This document shows, in pieces, positions 10,572 through 20,470 of a stretch of DNA of 64,000 nt. Under the pieces are notes generated by a model, which worked only from the letters and a program-made list of their open reading frames with translations, made no database searches and was not told the DNA's origin. Position numbers and translations under genes: made by a program. Positions within the stretch are counted from its first letter, which is position 1, and the number at the start of each line of letters is the position of its first letter. Location of the stretch: the NCBI GenBank assembly GCA_039831155.1, contig JBDONT010000008.1, positions 29,318 to 93,317 on the forward strand. The letters are read 5' to 3'. This DNA is from Nautiliaceae bacterium. Its GTDB lineage: Bacteria; Campylobacterota; Campylobacteria; Campylobacterales; Nautiliaceae.

Positions 10572-10637
10572 TATGTCCCTTTTTTAGGTAAAATTTTAAC
10601 AAATAAATATGAAGATATAATGATAGAAGGAGAATAA

Positions 10638-11381
10638 ATGAAATTTAGTGGAAAAAATGTACTTATAACAGGTGCTAGCAGAGGTATTGGAGCCGAAATT
10701 GCAAGATATTTGGCAAAAGATGGGCTTAAAGTTTGGATTAACTATAGAAGTAACGCAGAACTTGCCGATAAATTAAAAGAAGAGATAGAAAGTAATGGAG
10801 GAAGTGCGGCTGTTATCGGGTTTGACGTAAGTGATGAAAAGGCTTTTATTGAGGCTGTTAAAACAATATTCGATAGTGATGGAGAACTTAGTTATCTTGT
10901 AAATAACGCCGGAATTACAAACGATAAACTTGCTATGAGAATGAGTGTTGAAGATTTTAAAAAAGTAATTGACGCAAACTTAACTTCTACTTTTATCGGA
11001 TGTAGAGAAGCACTAAAAGTTATGAGCAAAAAAAGATTCGGAGCTGTTGTAAATGTTGCAAGTGTTGTAGCAGAAGCCGGAAACTTAGGACAGGCAAATT
11101 ATGTTGCAAGTAAAGGTGGGGTTATTGCTATGACAAAAACTTTTGCTCTTGAAGGAGCACCGAGAAATATAAGATTTAACAGTGTAACTCCAGGGTTTAT
11201 TGATACCGATATGACAAAAGATTTACCTCAAAAAGTAAAAGAAGAGATGCTTAAAAAAATCCCTCTAAAAAGATTCGCATCACCAAAAGAAGTTGCAAGT
11301 GCCGTTGCGTTTTTACTTAGTGATGAGGCAAGTTATATTACAGGAGAGACGTTAAAAGTAAACGGTGGAATGTATATGTAA
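10638..11381 (+). CDS. fabG: 3-oxoacyl-ACP reductase
   Basis: TGASRGIG, NNAGIT, YVASK, PGFIDTDMT. Confidence 0.97.
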   Translation: MKFSGKNVLITGASRGIGAEIARYLAKDGLKVWINYRSNAELADKLKEEIESNGGSAAVIGFDVSDEKAFIEAVKTIFDSDGELSYLVNNAGITNDKLAMRMSVEDFKKVIDANLTSTFIGCREALKVMSKKRFGAVVNVASVVAEAGNLGQANYVASKGGVIAMTKTFALEGAPRNIRFNSVTPGFIDTDMTKDLPQKVKEEMLKKIPLKRFASPKEVASAVAFLLSDEASYITGETLKVNGGMYM

Positions 11382-11444
11382 TTTAAATTTTGAGAATTAT
11401 AAAATTTTATGCTAAAATGGCAAAAACAAAAAAAAGGAGAGATA

Positions 11445-11678
11445 ATGGCATTATTTGATGAAGTAAAAGAAGTTATCGTTGAGCAGTTAAACGTAGATGA
11501 AAATGAAGTAAAACCGGAAGCTAACTTTGTAGAAGATTTGGGAGCTGACAGTTTAGACGTTGTTGAAATGGTAATGGCACTTGAAGAGAAATTCGGAATC
11601 GAGATTCCGGACAGTGACGCTGAAAATATCAAAACTGTTCAAGACGTAATCGATTATATCGAAAAAGCAAAATCTTAA
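11445..11678 (+). CDS. acpP: Acyl carrier protein
   Basis: DLGADSLD phosphopantetheine motif; start at 11445 after AAGGAG. Confidence 0.98.
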   Translation: MALFDEVKEVIVEQLNVDENEVKPEANFVEDLGADSLDVVEMVMALEEKFGIEIPDSDAENIKTVQDVIDYIEKAKS

Positions 11679-11684
11679 TTTTTT

Positions 11685-11757
11685 TCCCTTCGGGGATAAG
11701 ATTTGAAGGTGTTAAGAAGTGAAGTTTTGCTTTTCATCTTAACATCTTCAAATCTTA
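11685..11757 (+). terminator. Two hairpins after acpP: a cUUCGg stem-loop and a 21-bp inverted repeat
   Basis: TCCC-TTCG-GGGA, then TAAGATTTGAAGGTGTTAAGA (11697-11717) pairing with TCTTAACATCTTCAAATCTTA (11737-11757), one G:U. Confidence 0.7.
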
Positions 11758-11779
11758 ACCTCTAATAAAAAGGAAATTT

Positions 11780-13000
11780 ATGAGAGTTGTTGTAACCGGA
11801 ATAGGTATGATAAATGCAGTAGGTCTTAATAAAGACGAAGCTTTTGAAAATGTAATTACTGGAAAAACAGGAATTGACAGAATTACACATTTTAATCCGG
11901 AAGGTTTCGGGTCTCAAATCGCAGGAGAAGTAAAAGGTTTTGACCCAAAAACAGTAATGGACCCAAAAGATGTGAAAAAGGCTGATAGATTTATTCATTT
12001 AGGAATTGCAGCTGCAAAAGAAGCAATGGCTGATAGCGGTCTTAGTGAATATGACGGAAATAGATTCGGTATTTCTGCCGCAAGTGGAATAGGAGGACTT
12101 CCAAATATTCAAAAAAACGCTGTAATTTGCGAAACGAGAGGTCCTAGAAGAATATCTCCGTTTTTTATTCCGAGTGCACTTGTAAATATGCTGGGTGGAT
12201 TTGTTTCAATTGAATACAGTCTTAAAGGTCCTAACTTATCAAGCGTAACTGCTTGTGCCGCAGGTACTCATGCTATAAATGAAGCTTTTAAAACCATTAA
12301 ACTAGGTCTTGCAGATAAAATGATGGTAGTAGCCGGAGAATCTGCTATATGTGAAATCGGAGTTGGTGGGTTTGCCGCTATGAAAGCCTTATCTACCAGA
12401 AACGACGACCCGACACATGCAAGTAGACCTTTTGATGCAAAAAGAGACGGATTTGTAATGGGTGAGGGTGGAGCTTGTTTAATACTTGAAAAATATGAAG
12501 ACGCAGTTGCTAGAGGAGCTAAAATTTACGCTGAAATTATAGGAATAGGTGAGAGTGGAGATGCTAACCATATAACAACTCCTGCACCGGAAGGTGAAGG
12601 AGCTTACAGAGCTATGAAAATGGCTTATGAGATGGCAGGAAGTCCTAAAATAGATTATATTAACGCTCACGGAACTTCAACAAAATATAATGATATGTAT
12701 GAGACTATGGCTATTAAAAAGCTATTCGGAAGTAAAGAAAACTGTCCACCGGTAAGTTCTACAAAAGGTGCGACAGGGCACTGTCTTGGAGCTGCCGGAA
12801 CGATTGAAGCTGTTATTACTCTTATGGCAATGGAAAGAAACATTATGCCGCCTACTATTAATTATGAAGAACCGGATCCGGATTGTGATTTGGATTATGT
12901 TCCGAATAAAGCTAGAGAAGCTGAAATTAATGTAGCAATGAGTAACTCATTCGGATTTGGTGGAACAAACGGAGTTGTAATATTTAAAAAAGTAAAATAA
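11780..13000 (+). CDS. fabF: Beta-ketoacyl-ACP synthase II
   Basis: TACAAG, NAHGTST, GHCLGAAG, SNSFGFGGTN. Confidence 0.97.
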   Translation: MRVVVTGIGMINAVGLNKDEAFENVITGKTGIDRITHFNPEGFGSQIAGEVKGFDPKTVMDPKDVKKADRFIHLGIAAAKEAMADSGLSEYDGNRFGISAASGIGGLPNIQKNAVICETRGPRRISPFFIPSALVNMLGGFVSIEYSLKGPNLSSVTACAAGTHAINEAFKTIKLGLADKMMVVAGESAICEIGVGGFAAMKALSTRNDDPTHASRPFDAKRDGFVMGEGGACLILEKYEDAVARGAKIYAEIIGIGESGDANHITTPAPEGEGAYRAMKMAYEMAGSPKIDYINAHGTSTKYNDMYETMAIKKLFGSKENCPPVSSTKGATGHCLGAAGTIEAVITLMAMERNIMPPTINYEEPDPDCDLDYVPNKAREAEINVAMSNSFGFGGTNGVVIFKKVK

Positions 13001-13009
13001 AGGTAAACT

Positions 13010-13942
13010 TTGGCAGTACTTGATTTTGAAAAAAAACTACAAGAAATTAAAGAACAAATAGAAGTCGCTAAAATAAAAGGCGACTCTCACGCTGTTTCTG
13101 CTTTAGAAGAGGAACTTAAAAAAGAGATAGAAAAGACATTTAAAAACTTAACTCCTTATCAAAAACTTCTTCTTGCCCGTCATCCCGACAGACCTCACGC
13201 TATTGATATTATAGATTTGATAATGGATGAGAAGATAGAGCTACACGGAGATAGAGAATTTAGAGATGATGAGTCTATTGTCTGCTATATAGGGATGATA
13301 GGTGATGAAAAATGTGTAGTTATAGGAGAGGAAAAGGGTAGAAATACAAAAGAAAAACTAAAAAGAAACTTCGGTATGCCACATCCGGAAGGCTATAGAA
13401 AAGCTTTGCGTGTTGCAAAATTGGCTGAAAAATTTGATTTACCGATTCTGTTTTTAGTAGATACTCCGGGGGCGTTTCCTGGAATTGGTGCGGAAGAGAG
13501 AGGACAAAGCGAAGCAATTGCAAGAAACTTATTTGAACTCTCACGCATAAAAACTCCAACCGTTTCGATTGTTATAGGAGAAGGTGGAAGTGGTGGAGCG
13601 TTGGCTATTGGGATTGCCGATAAGTTTGCTATGCTTAAATATTCGGTTTTTAGTGTAATTTCACCTGAAGGTTGTGCCGCAATTTTATGGGGGGATAATT
13701 CAAAAGCGGAAACTGCCACAAAAGCTCTTAAAATTTCAGCAGAGGAACTTAAAGAGCTAGGACTCATAGATGATATTATAGATGAACCACTTGAAGGAGC
13801 TCATAGAGATTATGAGACGACTGCAAATAATATAAAAAACTATTTCCTAAACCAAGTAAAAAAACTAAAAGAACTCCCAAAAGAAGAACTTCTACAAAAA
13901 AGGTTTGAAAAATATTTAAACTATGGAAGTTTTGAGGAATAA
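13010..13942 (+). CDS. accA: Acetyl-CoA carboxylase carboxyltransferase alpha subunit
   Basis: [37 protein letters not shown]. Confidence 0.98.
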   Translation: MAVLDFEKKLQEIKEQIEVAKIKGDSHAVSALEEELKKEIEKTFKNLTPYQKLLLARHPDRPHAIDIIDLIMDEKIELHGDREFRDDESIVCYIGMIGDEKCVVIGEEKGRNTKEKLKRNFGMPHPEGYRKALRVAKLAEKFDLPILFLVDTPGAFPGIGAEERGQSEAIARNLFELSRIKTPTVSIVIGEGGSGGALAIGIADKFAMLKYSVFSVISPEGCAAILWGDNSKAETATKALKISAEELKELGLIDDIIDEPLEGAHRDYETTANNIKNYFLNQVKKLKELPKEELLQKRFEKYLNYGSFEE

Positions 13943-13950
13943 TCTCCTCT

Positions 13951-13971
13951 TTTCATTAACATTTCATTAAC
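13951..13971 (+). promoter_or_regulatory. 11-bp-period direct repeat (OmpR/PhoB-family-type site) upstream of the small pseudogene
   Basis: TTTCATTAAC-A-TTTCATTAAC just upstream of an extended -10-like TGtTATATT and an AAGGAG RBS. Confidence 0.55.
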
Positions 13972-14001
13972 TTTTTGTTGTTATATTAAAAAGGAGTGCT
14001 T

Positions 14002-14310
14002 ATGCAAGTTTCAAGCAATATCCAAATGAAAAGTATGCAACAAATGCATTAAATGAACGGACAAGGTGGAGGCCAAGGTAAAGGTATGGGCAGAGTTATG
14101 CAAAGTCTCACACCTGACCAAAGACAAGAGATTTCTTCGCAACTACAATCTTTGTTTCAAGATGATAGGAAAAACATTGTAGACCAAATCAAACAATTAG
14201 ACCCTACTAGTATCTCCCAAGATGATTTGTTTCAATCTATTCAAGATATCTGAAATCCTCAAAAGGATACAACTATCGCTTCAACTTCGGCTGCAGATTT
14301 TTACGCTTGA
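14002..14310 (+). pseudogene. Small Gln/Gly/Met-rich protein gene with two in-frame stops
   Basis: RBS + ATG 14002: MQVSSNIQMKSMQQMH*MNGQGGGQGKGMG...QSIQDI*NPQKDTTIASTSAADFYA*; TAA at 14050 and TGA at 14251 interrupt a single frame. Confidence 0.7.
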
Positions 14311-17105
14311 AGTTCTTTTGCTAAAAATCTAGCCGTATAACTTATGTCGGTAAAGTTTTTTGCTACCTCTTCCACATTTCCGGTGGCGATAACTTTACCA
14401 CCACCACTTCCACCTTCCGGTCCCATATCTATGATGTAGTCTGCATTTTTGATAAAATCCAGGTTATGTTCGATTACTATTACGCTGTTTCCAAGGTCAA
14501 CTAAATGTTGAAGTACTTGTACCAATCTGTCTATATCTGCAAAATGAAGACCGGTTGTAGGTTCGTCTAAAATATATAGAGTGTTGCCGGTGTCTCTACG
14601 ACTTAATTCTTTTGCAAGTTTTATTCTTTGAGCTTCACCTCCACTAAGGGTTGTTGCGTTTTGTCCAAGGGTTATATATCCAAGCCCTACGTCTTTTAGG
14701 GTTTTCAGTTTAGCTTTAATTTTTGGGATTTTTTTAAAAAATTCATATGCCTCATCCACACTCATCTCCAAAACATCTGCAATTGATTTGCCTTTGTATT
14801 TAATCTCAAGAGTTTGTTCGTTGTATCTTTTTCCTCTACACGCTTCACACGTTACCATTACATCCGGCAGGAAGTGCATTTCTATTTTTATTTGCCCCTC
14901 ACCCTTACAAACTTCACATCTTCCCCCTTTGACGTTAAAGCTGAATCTCCCGGGAGTGTAGCCTCTAAGCTGGGCTTCCGGTGTGTTTGCAAATAGATTT
15001 CTTATATCGTCAAATACTCCCGTATAGGTTGCCGGATTTGAGCGAGGGGTTCTTCCTATTGGACTTTGGTCAAGGTAAATTACTTTATCAAGTTGTTTTA
15101 GTCCCGTGATTTCCACGCCTTTTACTTTTTGGATTTTATGGGCGTGATTTAGGATTTCTCTTGCTACGGGAAGTAGAGTTTGTAAAATAAGGCTGCTTTT
15201 TCCACTTCCACTAACCCCTGTTACGCACACAAGGTTTCTTAGAGGTATTTTTACGTTTAGATTTTTAATATTATGGATATTTACGTTTTTGATTTCAATC
15301 CATTCGTTTTGAGGACGGTTTTTTCTATAATTTATGTCTTTTTCTCTTCTTATGTATTTTGCAGTTTCTGTATCGGAGTTTAATAACTCTTTTACATTTC
15401 CGGCAAATACAACTTCTCCTCCGAATTTTCCGGCCCCTGGACCGATATCCACTATATAATCTGCATTTAAAATCGTTTCTCTGTCGTGTTCGACTACAAT
15501 AACGGTGTTGCCTTTGTTTTTTAAGTTTTTTAGGGTGTTTATAAGTTTTAATGTATCTCTTTCGTGAAGTCCGATACTTGGCTCATCAAGTACGTACATA
15601 ACGCCTGTTAGTCCGCTTCCGATTTGAGAAGCTATTCTAATTCTTTGTGATTCGCCCCCACTAATCGTTCTTGCGTCTCTGTGAAGTGTAAGATATCCAA
15701 GTCCCACATCTACTAAGAAAAAGAGTCTCTCGCGAATCTCTTTTAAAATCGGTTCCGCTATTTTTTTCTCTTGTTTTGTCAAATGTGAAAAGTTATTTTC
15801 GTTGCTAAAAAATTTATACGCCTCTTCAATTGGCATTGAGATAACTTCTGCAATGGTTTTTCCTGCAACTTTTACAGCCAGGCTTTCCGGTTTTAGCCTA
15901 AATCCTTTACAACTAGGACATACGCTCTCACTCATAATTTCATTCATATCTTCGTCTTTGTATAAATCAAGGGCAATTTGTCTAAGTCCCGGCCATCTTT
16001 TAGAGATTTTATGTTTTGCGTATTCAAATTCTATTTCATACGCCGTTCCGTTTAAAATAATCTTTTTTTGAAGTTCGTCTAGTTCGTAAAAGCTTTTATT
16101 CATATCTATATCAAGTTCTAGGCAGAGTGCTTTGAAAAACTCTTGATAATATTTTTTATTAAATCCCCAAATAAGTGGAATTGCACCTTTATTTAGAGGT
16201 TTGTCTTTTATTACTTTTTCCAGATCAAGAGTATAGGTAACTCCAAGCCCGTCACACTTAGGACACGCACCTTTTGGAGAGTTAAAAGAAAACGCAAGAG
16301 GTTCAAGCTCTTCAAAACTTACCTTACAATCAAAACACGCCATATGTTCTGAATAGTGTATAAAATCACTTTCAAGTTCAAGCTCTTTTGCGTTTAATAT
16401 CTCTATTTCAACTTCTCCAAAACTTTTATTCAAAGCCTTTTCTACGGCTTCGGCGATTCTTGCTTTATTTTCTTCTTTTATTATGACTCTATCGATTACG
16501 GCTTTAATGGTGTGTTTTTTTGTTTTTTTAAGCTCAATCTCTTCATCAAGCCTTACGACTACGCCGTCTATATAAGCTCTTATTATTCCTTCTTGTCTTA
16601 ATTTTTCAAGTAAATCCTGAAATTCACCTTTTTTTTCTTTGATTAAAGGAGCGTAAATTATAACTTTTGCACCAATCGGCAGTTTTAAAACTTCGTTTAT
16701 AATATCTTGTGGGGTCATTTGGGTAATTTCTTTGCCGCAAAGATGGCAGTGTTGAGTACCTATTCTTGCGTATAAAAGTCTTAAATAATCATATATTTCA
16801 GTAACGGTCCCTACTGTTGAGCGAGGGTTTTTTGAAGTGGTTTTTTGGTCTATCGCGATTGCCGGTGTTAAGCCTTCTATTTTATCAACTTCCGGTTTTC
16901 CTGTTTTTTGTAAGAATTGTCTTGCATAACTTGATAAGCTCTCAATATATCTTCTTTGACCTTCTGCGTATAGGGTATCAAAAGCCAATGTACTTTTACC
17001 ACTTCCACTAAGTCCCGTAAAAACAACTAAAGAATTTTTCGGTATTTCAAGGTTTATATTTTTTAAGTTGTTTTCTCTAGCCCCTATGATTTTTATTTTA
17101 TCCAT
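14301..17105 (-). CDS. uvrA: Excinuclease ABC subunit A
   Basis: Two ABC cassettes (GLSGSGKS, GVSGSGKS, SGGE), zinc-finger CxxC pairs. Confidence 0.99.
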   Translation of the reverse strand: MDKIKIIGARENNLKNINLEIPKNSLVVFTGLSGSGKSTLAFDTLYAEGQRRYIESLSSYARQFLQKTGKPEVDKIEGLTPAIAIDQKTTSKNPRSTVGTVTEIYDYLRLLYARIGTQHCHLCGKEITQMTPQDIINEVLKLPIGAKVIIYAPLIKEKKGEFQDLLEKLRQEGIIRAYIDGVVVRLDEEIELKKTKKHTIKAVIDRVIIKEENKARIAEAVEKALNKSFGEVEIEILNAKELELESDFIHYSEHMACFDCKVSFEELEPLAFSFNSPKGACPKCDGLGVTYTLDLEKVIKDKPLNKGAIPLIWGFNKKYYQEFFKALCLELDIDMNKSFYELDELQKKIILNGTAYEIEFEYAKHKISKRWPGLRQIALDLYKDEDMNEIMSESVCPSCKGFRLKPESLAVKVAGKTIAEVISMPIEEAYKFFSNENNFSHLTKQEKKIAEPILKEIRERLFFLVDVGLGYLTLHRDARTISGGESQRIRIASQIGSGLTGVMYVLDEPSIGLHERDTLKLINTLKNLKNKGNTVIVVEHDRETILNADYIVDIGPGAGKFGGEVVFAGNVKELLNSDTETAKYIRREKDINYRKNRPQNEWIEIKNVNIHNIKNLNVKIPLRNLVCVTGVSGSGKSSLILQTLLPVAREILNHAHKIQKVKGVEITGLKQLDKVIYLDQSPIGRTPRSNPATYTGVFDDIRNLFANTPEAQLRGYTPGRFSFNVKGGRCEVCKGEGQIKIEMHFLPDVMVTCEACRGKRYNEQTLEIKYKGKSIADVLEMSVDEAYEFFKKIPKIKAKLKTLKDVGLGYITLGQNATTLSGGEAQRIKLAKELSRRDTGNTLYILDEPTTGLHFADIDRLVQVLQHLVDLGNSVIVIEHNLDFIKNADYIIDMGPEGGSGGGKVIATGNVEEVAKNFTDISYTARFLAKELQA

Positions 17106-17206
17106 TTACGCTCCTTAGATTTAGTCGCGTATTATAGCAAATTTTAAGGAAAGTTTAAGAAAAGAAGCCTTTTTATTGGATAAAATTTGTTATTTAAAGG
17201 AAGCAA

Positions 17207-17818
17207 ATGAAGATAGTACAAATAGGAGAATTTTATAAAAAAGGGACTTTTTACAAAAAAGAGTTGGCTTTAATTAAAAAAGAGAAAAAATTTAACGGAG
17301 CGGCTTATATAGTAAAAAAAATATTTTTTAATACCGTTTTTGTAATAAAAACTGATTTTGCAACGGTTAGGATGTTGAGAAAAGAAGGGTTTAAACCGAA
17401 TGTTTTAAGTGTGAGTGGGGTTTTGTATTATAAAGATTCTCTTTTATTGCATAAACGTTCTTTAAATTCCGATACTTATCCCGGGTATTTTCATCTTTTC
17501 GGAGGAGGAGTTGAGAGTTTTGATGTGTTTAAAGATATAAAAAGGGAAATTTTAGAAGAGAGCGGTTTGAGGGCTGAATGTAAAAAAATAGGTCTTTATT
17601 TCGAAGAAACTGGAATTATCAGTATTATTTTTAAATGTAAAGGAAAGGGAGAAATAAAGTCCAATTGGGAAGGAGAAATTTATAAAATAAAAAATTTAAA
17701 AGGTTTAAAGTTAACTCCTATGGCAGAGTGGGTTTTAAAACTCAATAGCCCATATCGCAAAGAAAAACACCATCATTTCACTAATGTAGAGTTTCCATTT
17801 AGGTTGAGGTTTTTGTAA
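17207..17818 (+). CDS. NUDIX hydrolase
   Basis: GGGVESFDVFKDIKREILEESGL Nudix box. Confidence 0.8.
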   Translation: MKIVQIGEFYKKGTFYKKELALIKKEKKFNGAAYIVKKIFFNTVFVIKTDFATVRMLRKEGFKPNVLSVSGVLYYKDSLLLHKRSLNSDTYPGYFHLFGGGVESFDVFKDIKREILEESGLRAECKKIGLYFEETGIISIIFKCKGKGEIKSNWEGEIYKIKNLKGLKLTPMAEWVLKLNSPYRKEKHHHFTNVEFPFRLRFL

Positions 17819-18184
17819 TTCGCTTTTTATTTGTTGATATTCGCTATAAGTTAGAGTTGAAAATATCCTTTTTATAACTACGTCTATGTAAGCGTCTTTG
17901 TCGTCGGTTTTGAGTGCTATGAATATGTGTCTGTATACCATATAAAGTTCAATCATCGCAATAAAAATTAAAGTAATATCCACTACTTGTAAGGTAATTA
18001 TCTGTATTAAAATAATTTCGAATATGTAAAAAATAATAACGTAACCTAAAAGAGGGTAGTGGTTTTTTAGGTAGTAAAGAGCGAAGAGTTTATCGGCTGC
18101 GGATTTGATTTGAAATTTTTCTAAAGTGTAAATTCTAAAAGCGATTAAACAAGTTATAATAGTTTCTACTAAAAGTTTATCCAT
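17735..18184 (-). CDS. Hypothetical membrane protein
   Basis: Several hydrophobic helices; ATG at 18184 overlaps the upstream TauE-family stop (TAATG). Confidence 0.6.
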   Translation of the reverse strand: MDKLLVETIITCLIAFRIYTLEKFQIKSAADKLFALYYLKNHYPLLGYVIIFYIFEIILIQIITLQVVDITLIFIAMIELYMVYRHIFIALKTDDKDAYIDVVIKRIFSTLTYSEYQQIKSELQKPQPKWKLYISEMMVFFFAIWAIEF

Positions 18185-18924
18185 TAGTGTCCTTGAAAAT
18201 AGAGTTTGTAAGTTGTCGCACAAAATACGAATATATACCAGATAAGCAGCAGTTTTTTATGGTAAATAGGGTTTATTTTGTGATAGAGTTTAATTCCGAA
18301 ATAAGTTCCTATAAGAGAAGCTATACCAATTGTAAATCCTTTGGTATAATCGATATGTCCTGCTATACTTTGGGATATAAATCCGGAAATTGAAGAAAAC
18401 ACCACAAAAAAGAGACTTAAACTAACAGTCGTTTTGAGACGGTATTTTAAAAATCCTACTAAAATGGGAGTTATTAAAATAGCTCCTCCCACTCCTACGC
18501 TTATTGCTATTAATCCGACAAAAAACCCGATGAAAAAGAGTTTTTTATTATCAATCGGTGGTTCTTCTTTAGGTTCCGGGACCGTTATGAAAAATCTTAT
18601 AATGGCAATTAAAACAAGTGTTAAAAATATAGCTCCTAAAATTTCTTTGGGAGCGTATTTGACTATAATACCGCTTAAACTGGCACCTATCGCTCCGCCT
18701 ATTGCGAGAGATAAGCCGTTTTTTATTTTTAAAAGCCCTTTTTTGTAGTTTAAATAAGACCCGTAAACGGAACTTAGCATCATTTGAGTTACGCTAATTC
18801 CTATGGCTTCTTTGAAATTAAACCCCAAAAACAGCAATATAGGCACAAGTACCGTCCCTCCACCTATGCCGAAAAAACCCGACGCAAATCCTACGAATAT
18901 GCCTATTATAATTGCACTTATCAA
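18184..18924 (-). CDS. TauE/SafE-family (sulfite exporter) membrane protein
   Basis: Duplicated G..SG..GIGGG...VP / GVGG....P motifs, ~8 TM helices. Confidence 0.9.
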   Translation of the reverse strand: MISAIIIGIFVGFASGFFGIGGGTVLVPILLFLGFNFKEAIGISVTQMMLSSVYGSYLNYKKGLLKIKNGLSLAIGGAIGASLSGIIVKYAPKEILGAIFLTLVLIAIIRFFITVPEPKEEPPIDNKKLFFIGFFVGLIAISVGVGGAILITPILVGFLKYRLKTTVSLSLFFVVFSSISGFISQSIAGHIDYTKGFTIGIASLIGTYFGIKLYHKINPIYHKKLLLIWYIFVFCATTYKLYFQGH

Positions 18925-18976
18925 AACGTACCTTTTTTGATAAAATTATATCATAGTAAAAATTGGAAAAAGGATT

Positions 18977-19381
18977 TTGATGTTTAATACAGTAAAAGAG
19001 GCGGTTAACAACTTCGTAAATTCCATAGAGGCGAAAACGACAGAGTGTAACGAAAAACCAAAAGAAGGGTTTGTAAGTAAAATTTCTGTCAGTGGAGATG
19101 AGAATTACGATATTTATATCGTTTTGCCACACGAAAAGTTAAGTTATATAGCCAATTACTATTTCGGGGATGATAATTATGATGTAGAAGATTTGACAAA
19201 AGAGATAGCAAATCAGATTATAGGAAACGCTAAAATAATAGCTGCTAAAAAAAATAAAAATTTTGATATTTCAATTCCCGAATATTTGGGAGAATATAAA
19301 AACGATATAGAGTATGACGATATGCTTTCTTTTAAATTTAACGGAGATAAATGTTTTTATATTCTGTTTAAAGGAAAGTAG
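18977..19381 (+). CDS. cheX: CheX-family chemotaxis phosphatase
   Basis: EIANQIIGNAK (ExxN) and ISIP motifs; precedes fliN. Confidence 0.8.
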   Translation: MMFNTVKEAVNNFVNSIEAKTTECNEKPKEGFVSKISVSGDENYDIYIVLPHEKLSYIANYYFGDDNYDVEDLTKEIANQIIGNAKIIAAKKNKNFDISIPEYLGEYKNDIEYDDMLSFKFNGDKCFYILFKGK

Positions 19382-19702
19382 ATGAGTGAAGAGAAAAAAA
19401 CGGATTCTTTAGAGGATGATATAGAAGAGTTTATTCCCGATTATTCGAATCTACTTGATACCGAGGTTTTGTTTGAGAGTGATTTAGGAAGGGTTGATAT
19501 AACGTTAAGAGAGATTTTAGCCCTTCAAAAAGGAAGCGTTATAGATTTGCAAAAACCCGAAGGTGAGAGTGCCGAAGTTTACATAAACGGAAGAATTATC
19601 GGAAAAGGCGAGGTTATGGTGTATGAGAAGAATTTGGCTATAAGGTTAAATGAAGTTCTTGATGCCAACCAGCTTATTTATTATTTAACCAAAGAGCATT
19701 AA
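19382..19702 (+). CDS. fliN: Flagellar motor switch protein FliN
   Basis: SpoA domain LG...ITLREIL.L.KGSVI.L...GKGEVMV. Confidence 0.92.
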   Translation: MSEEKKTDSLEDDIEEFIPDYSNLLDTEVLFESDLGRVDITLREILALQKGSVIDLQKPEGESAEVYINGRIIGKGEVMVYEKNLAIRLNEVLDANQLIYYLTKEH

Positions 19703-19711
19703 GGAGTATTT

Positions 19712-20470
19712 GTGAGAAAACTTGTTTTGCTGGTGGTGGGTGTTTTTTTATTCGCTACCAATTTAATTAACGTTAATTTTTTTGAAGGAAAAAACAAAAT
19801 AGATATTTTGCTTTCTTTGGATAATGTGTTTGAGGGAAGAGTCAAGCAGGTAGGAAAATACTCTTATTTGATTACGAACATAAAAAGCGATAAGGTTATT
19901 CAAAAAGAGTTTAACGATAAATTTATAAATTCCATTATAATTTCACCTCAAAATAACGGTATAAAAGTGGATGTGATTACAAAATCGAAAATAAAAACCA
20001 GTGTAGCTTTAACACCGGACGGATACGGTCTTAGGTTTAGAATTGTAAATTTGTCCTTAAAGTCTAAAGATGTAAATATTCAAAAAGTACCTCACGCTAA
20101 CGAAAGTGGGTTTGATATGTTTTCTTATCTTATGGCTTTGCTGGTTTTGGTGATTTTGGCCGGTGTTCTTTGGTTTATTAAGAGAAATAAAATCTCTTCT
20201 TTACCTTCTGCTAATCTTCAGATGAAGGTAATTATGCAAAAGCCTATAGACGTTAAAAACAAAGTTGTGCTTTTTGAGTATCAAAACAGAAAATATCTAA
20301 TGCTAATAGGCAATACAAACTTACTTTTGGACGTATTTAGCGAAGATACTCCGGTACCTAAAAACGAAGTGGAGTTTGAAGAGATGTTAAAACTCTCTAA
20401 AAAATACGATAATATAGAACAATACATAAAAAATGCCGAAAAATTAAAGGGGATAGATGAAACAATTTGA
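19712..20470 (+). CDS. fliO: Campylobacterota-type FliO (AMIN-like N-domain, TM, FliO C-domain)
   Basis: Signal peptide, central TM helix, [13 protein letters not shown]....YL.LIG; follows fliN. Confidence 0.7.
   Translation: MRKLVLLVVGVFLFATNLINVNFFEGKNKIDILLSLDNVFEGRVKQVGKYSYLITNIKSDKVIQKEFNDKFINSIIISPQNNGIKVDVITKSKIKTSVALTPDGYGLRFRIVNLSLKSKDVNIQKVPHANESGFDMFSYLMALLVLVILAGVLWFIKRNKISSLPSANLQMKVIMQKPIDVKNKVVLFEYQNRKYLMLIGNTNLLLDVFSEDTPVPKNEVEFEEMLKLSKKYDNIEQYIKNAEKLKGIDETI

Noticed and set aside
14251-14253. Selenocysteine readthrough at the in-frame TGA
   Set aside because: No SECIS-like hairpin or redox motif is evident, and the same frame also has a TAA stop
17735-17818. 84-nt convergent overlap between the NUDIX gene and a membrane-protein gene as an antisense system
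   Set aside because: More simply a stop-codon loss extending the NUDIX tail; convergent overlaps are common in this compact genome
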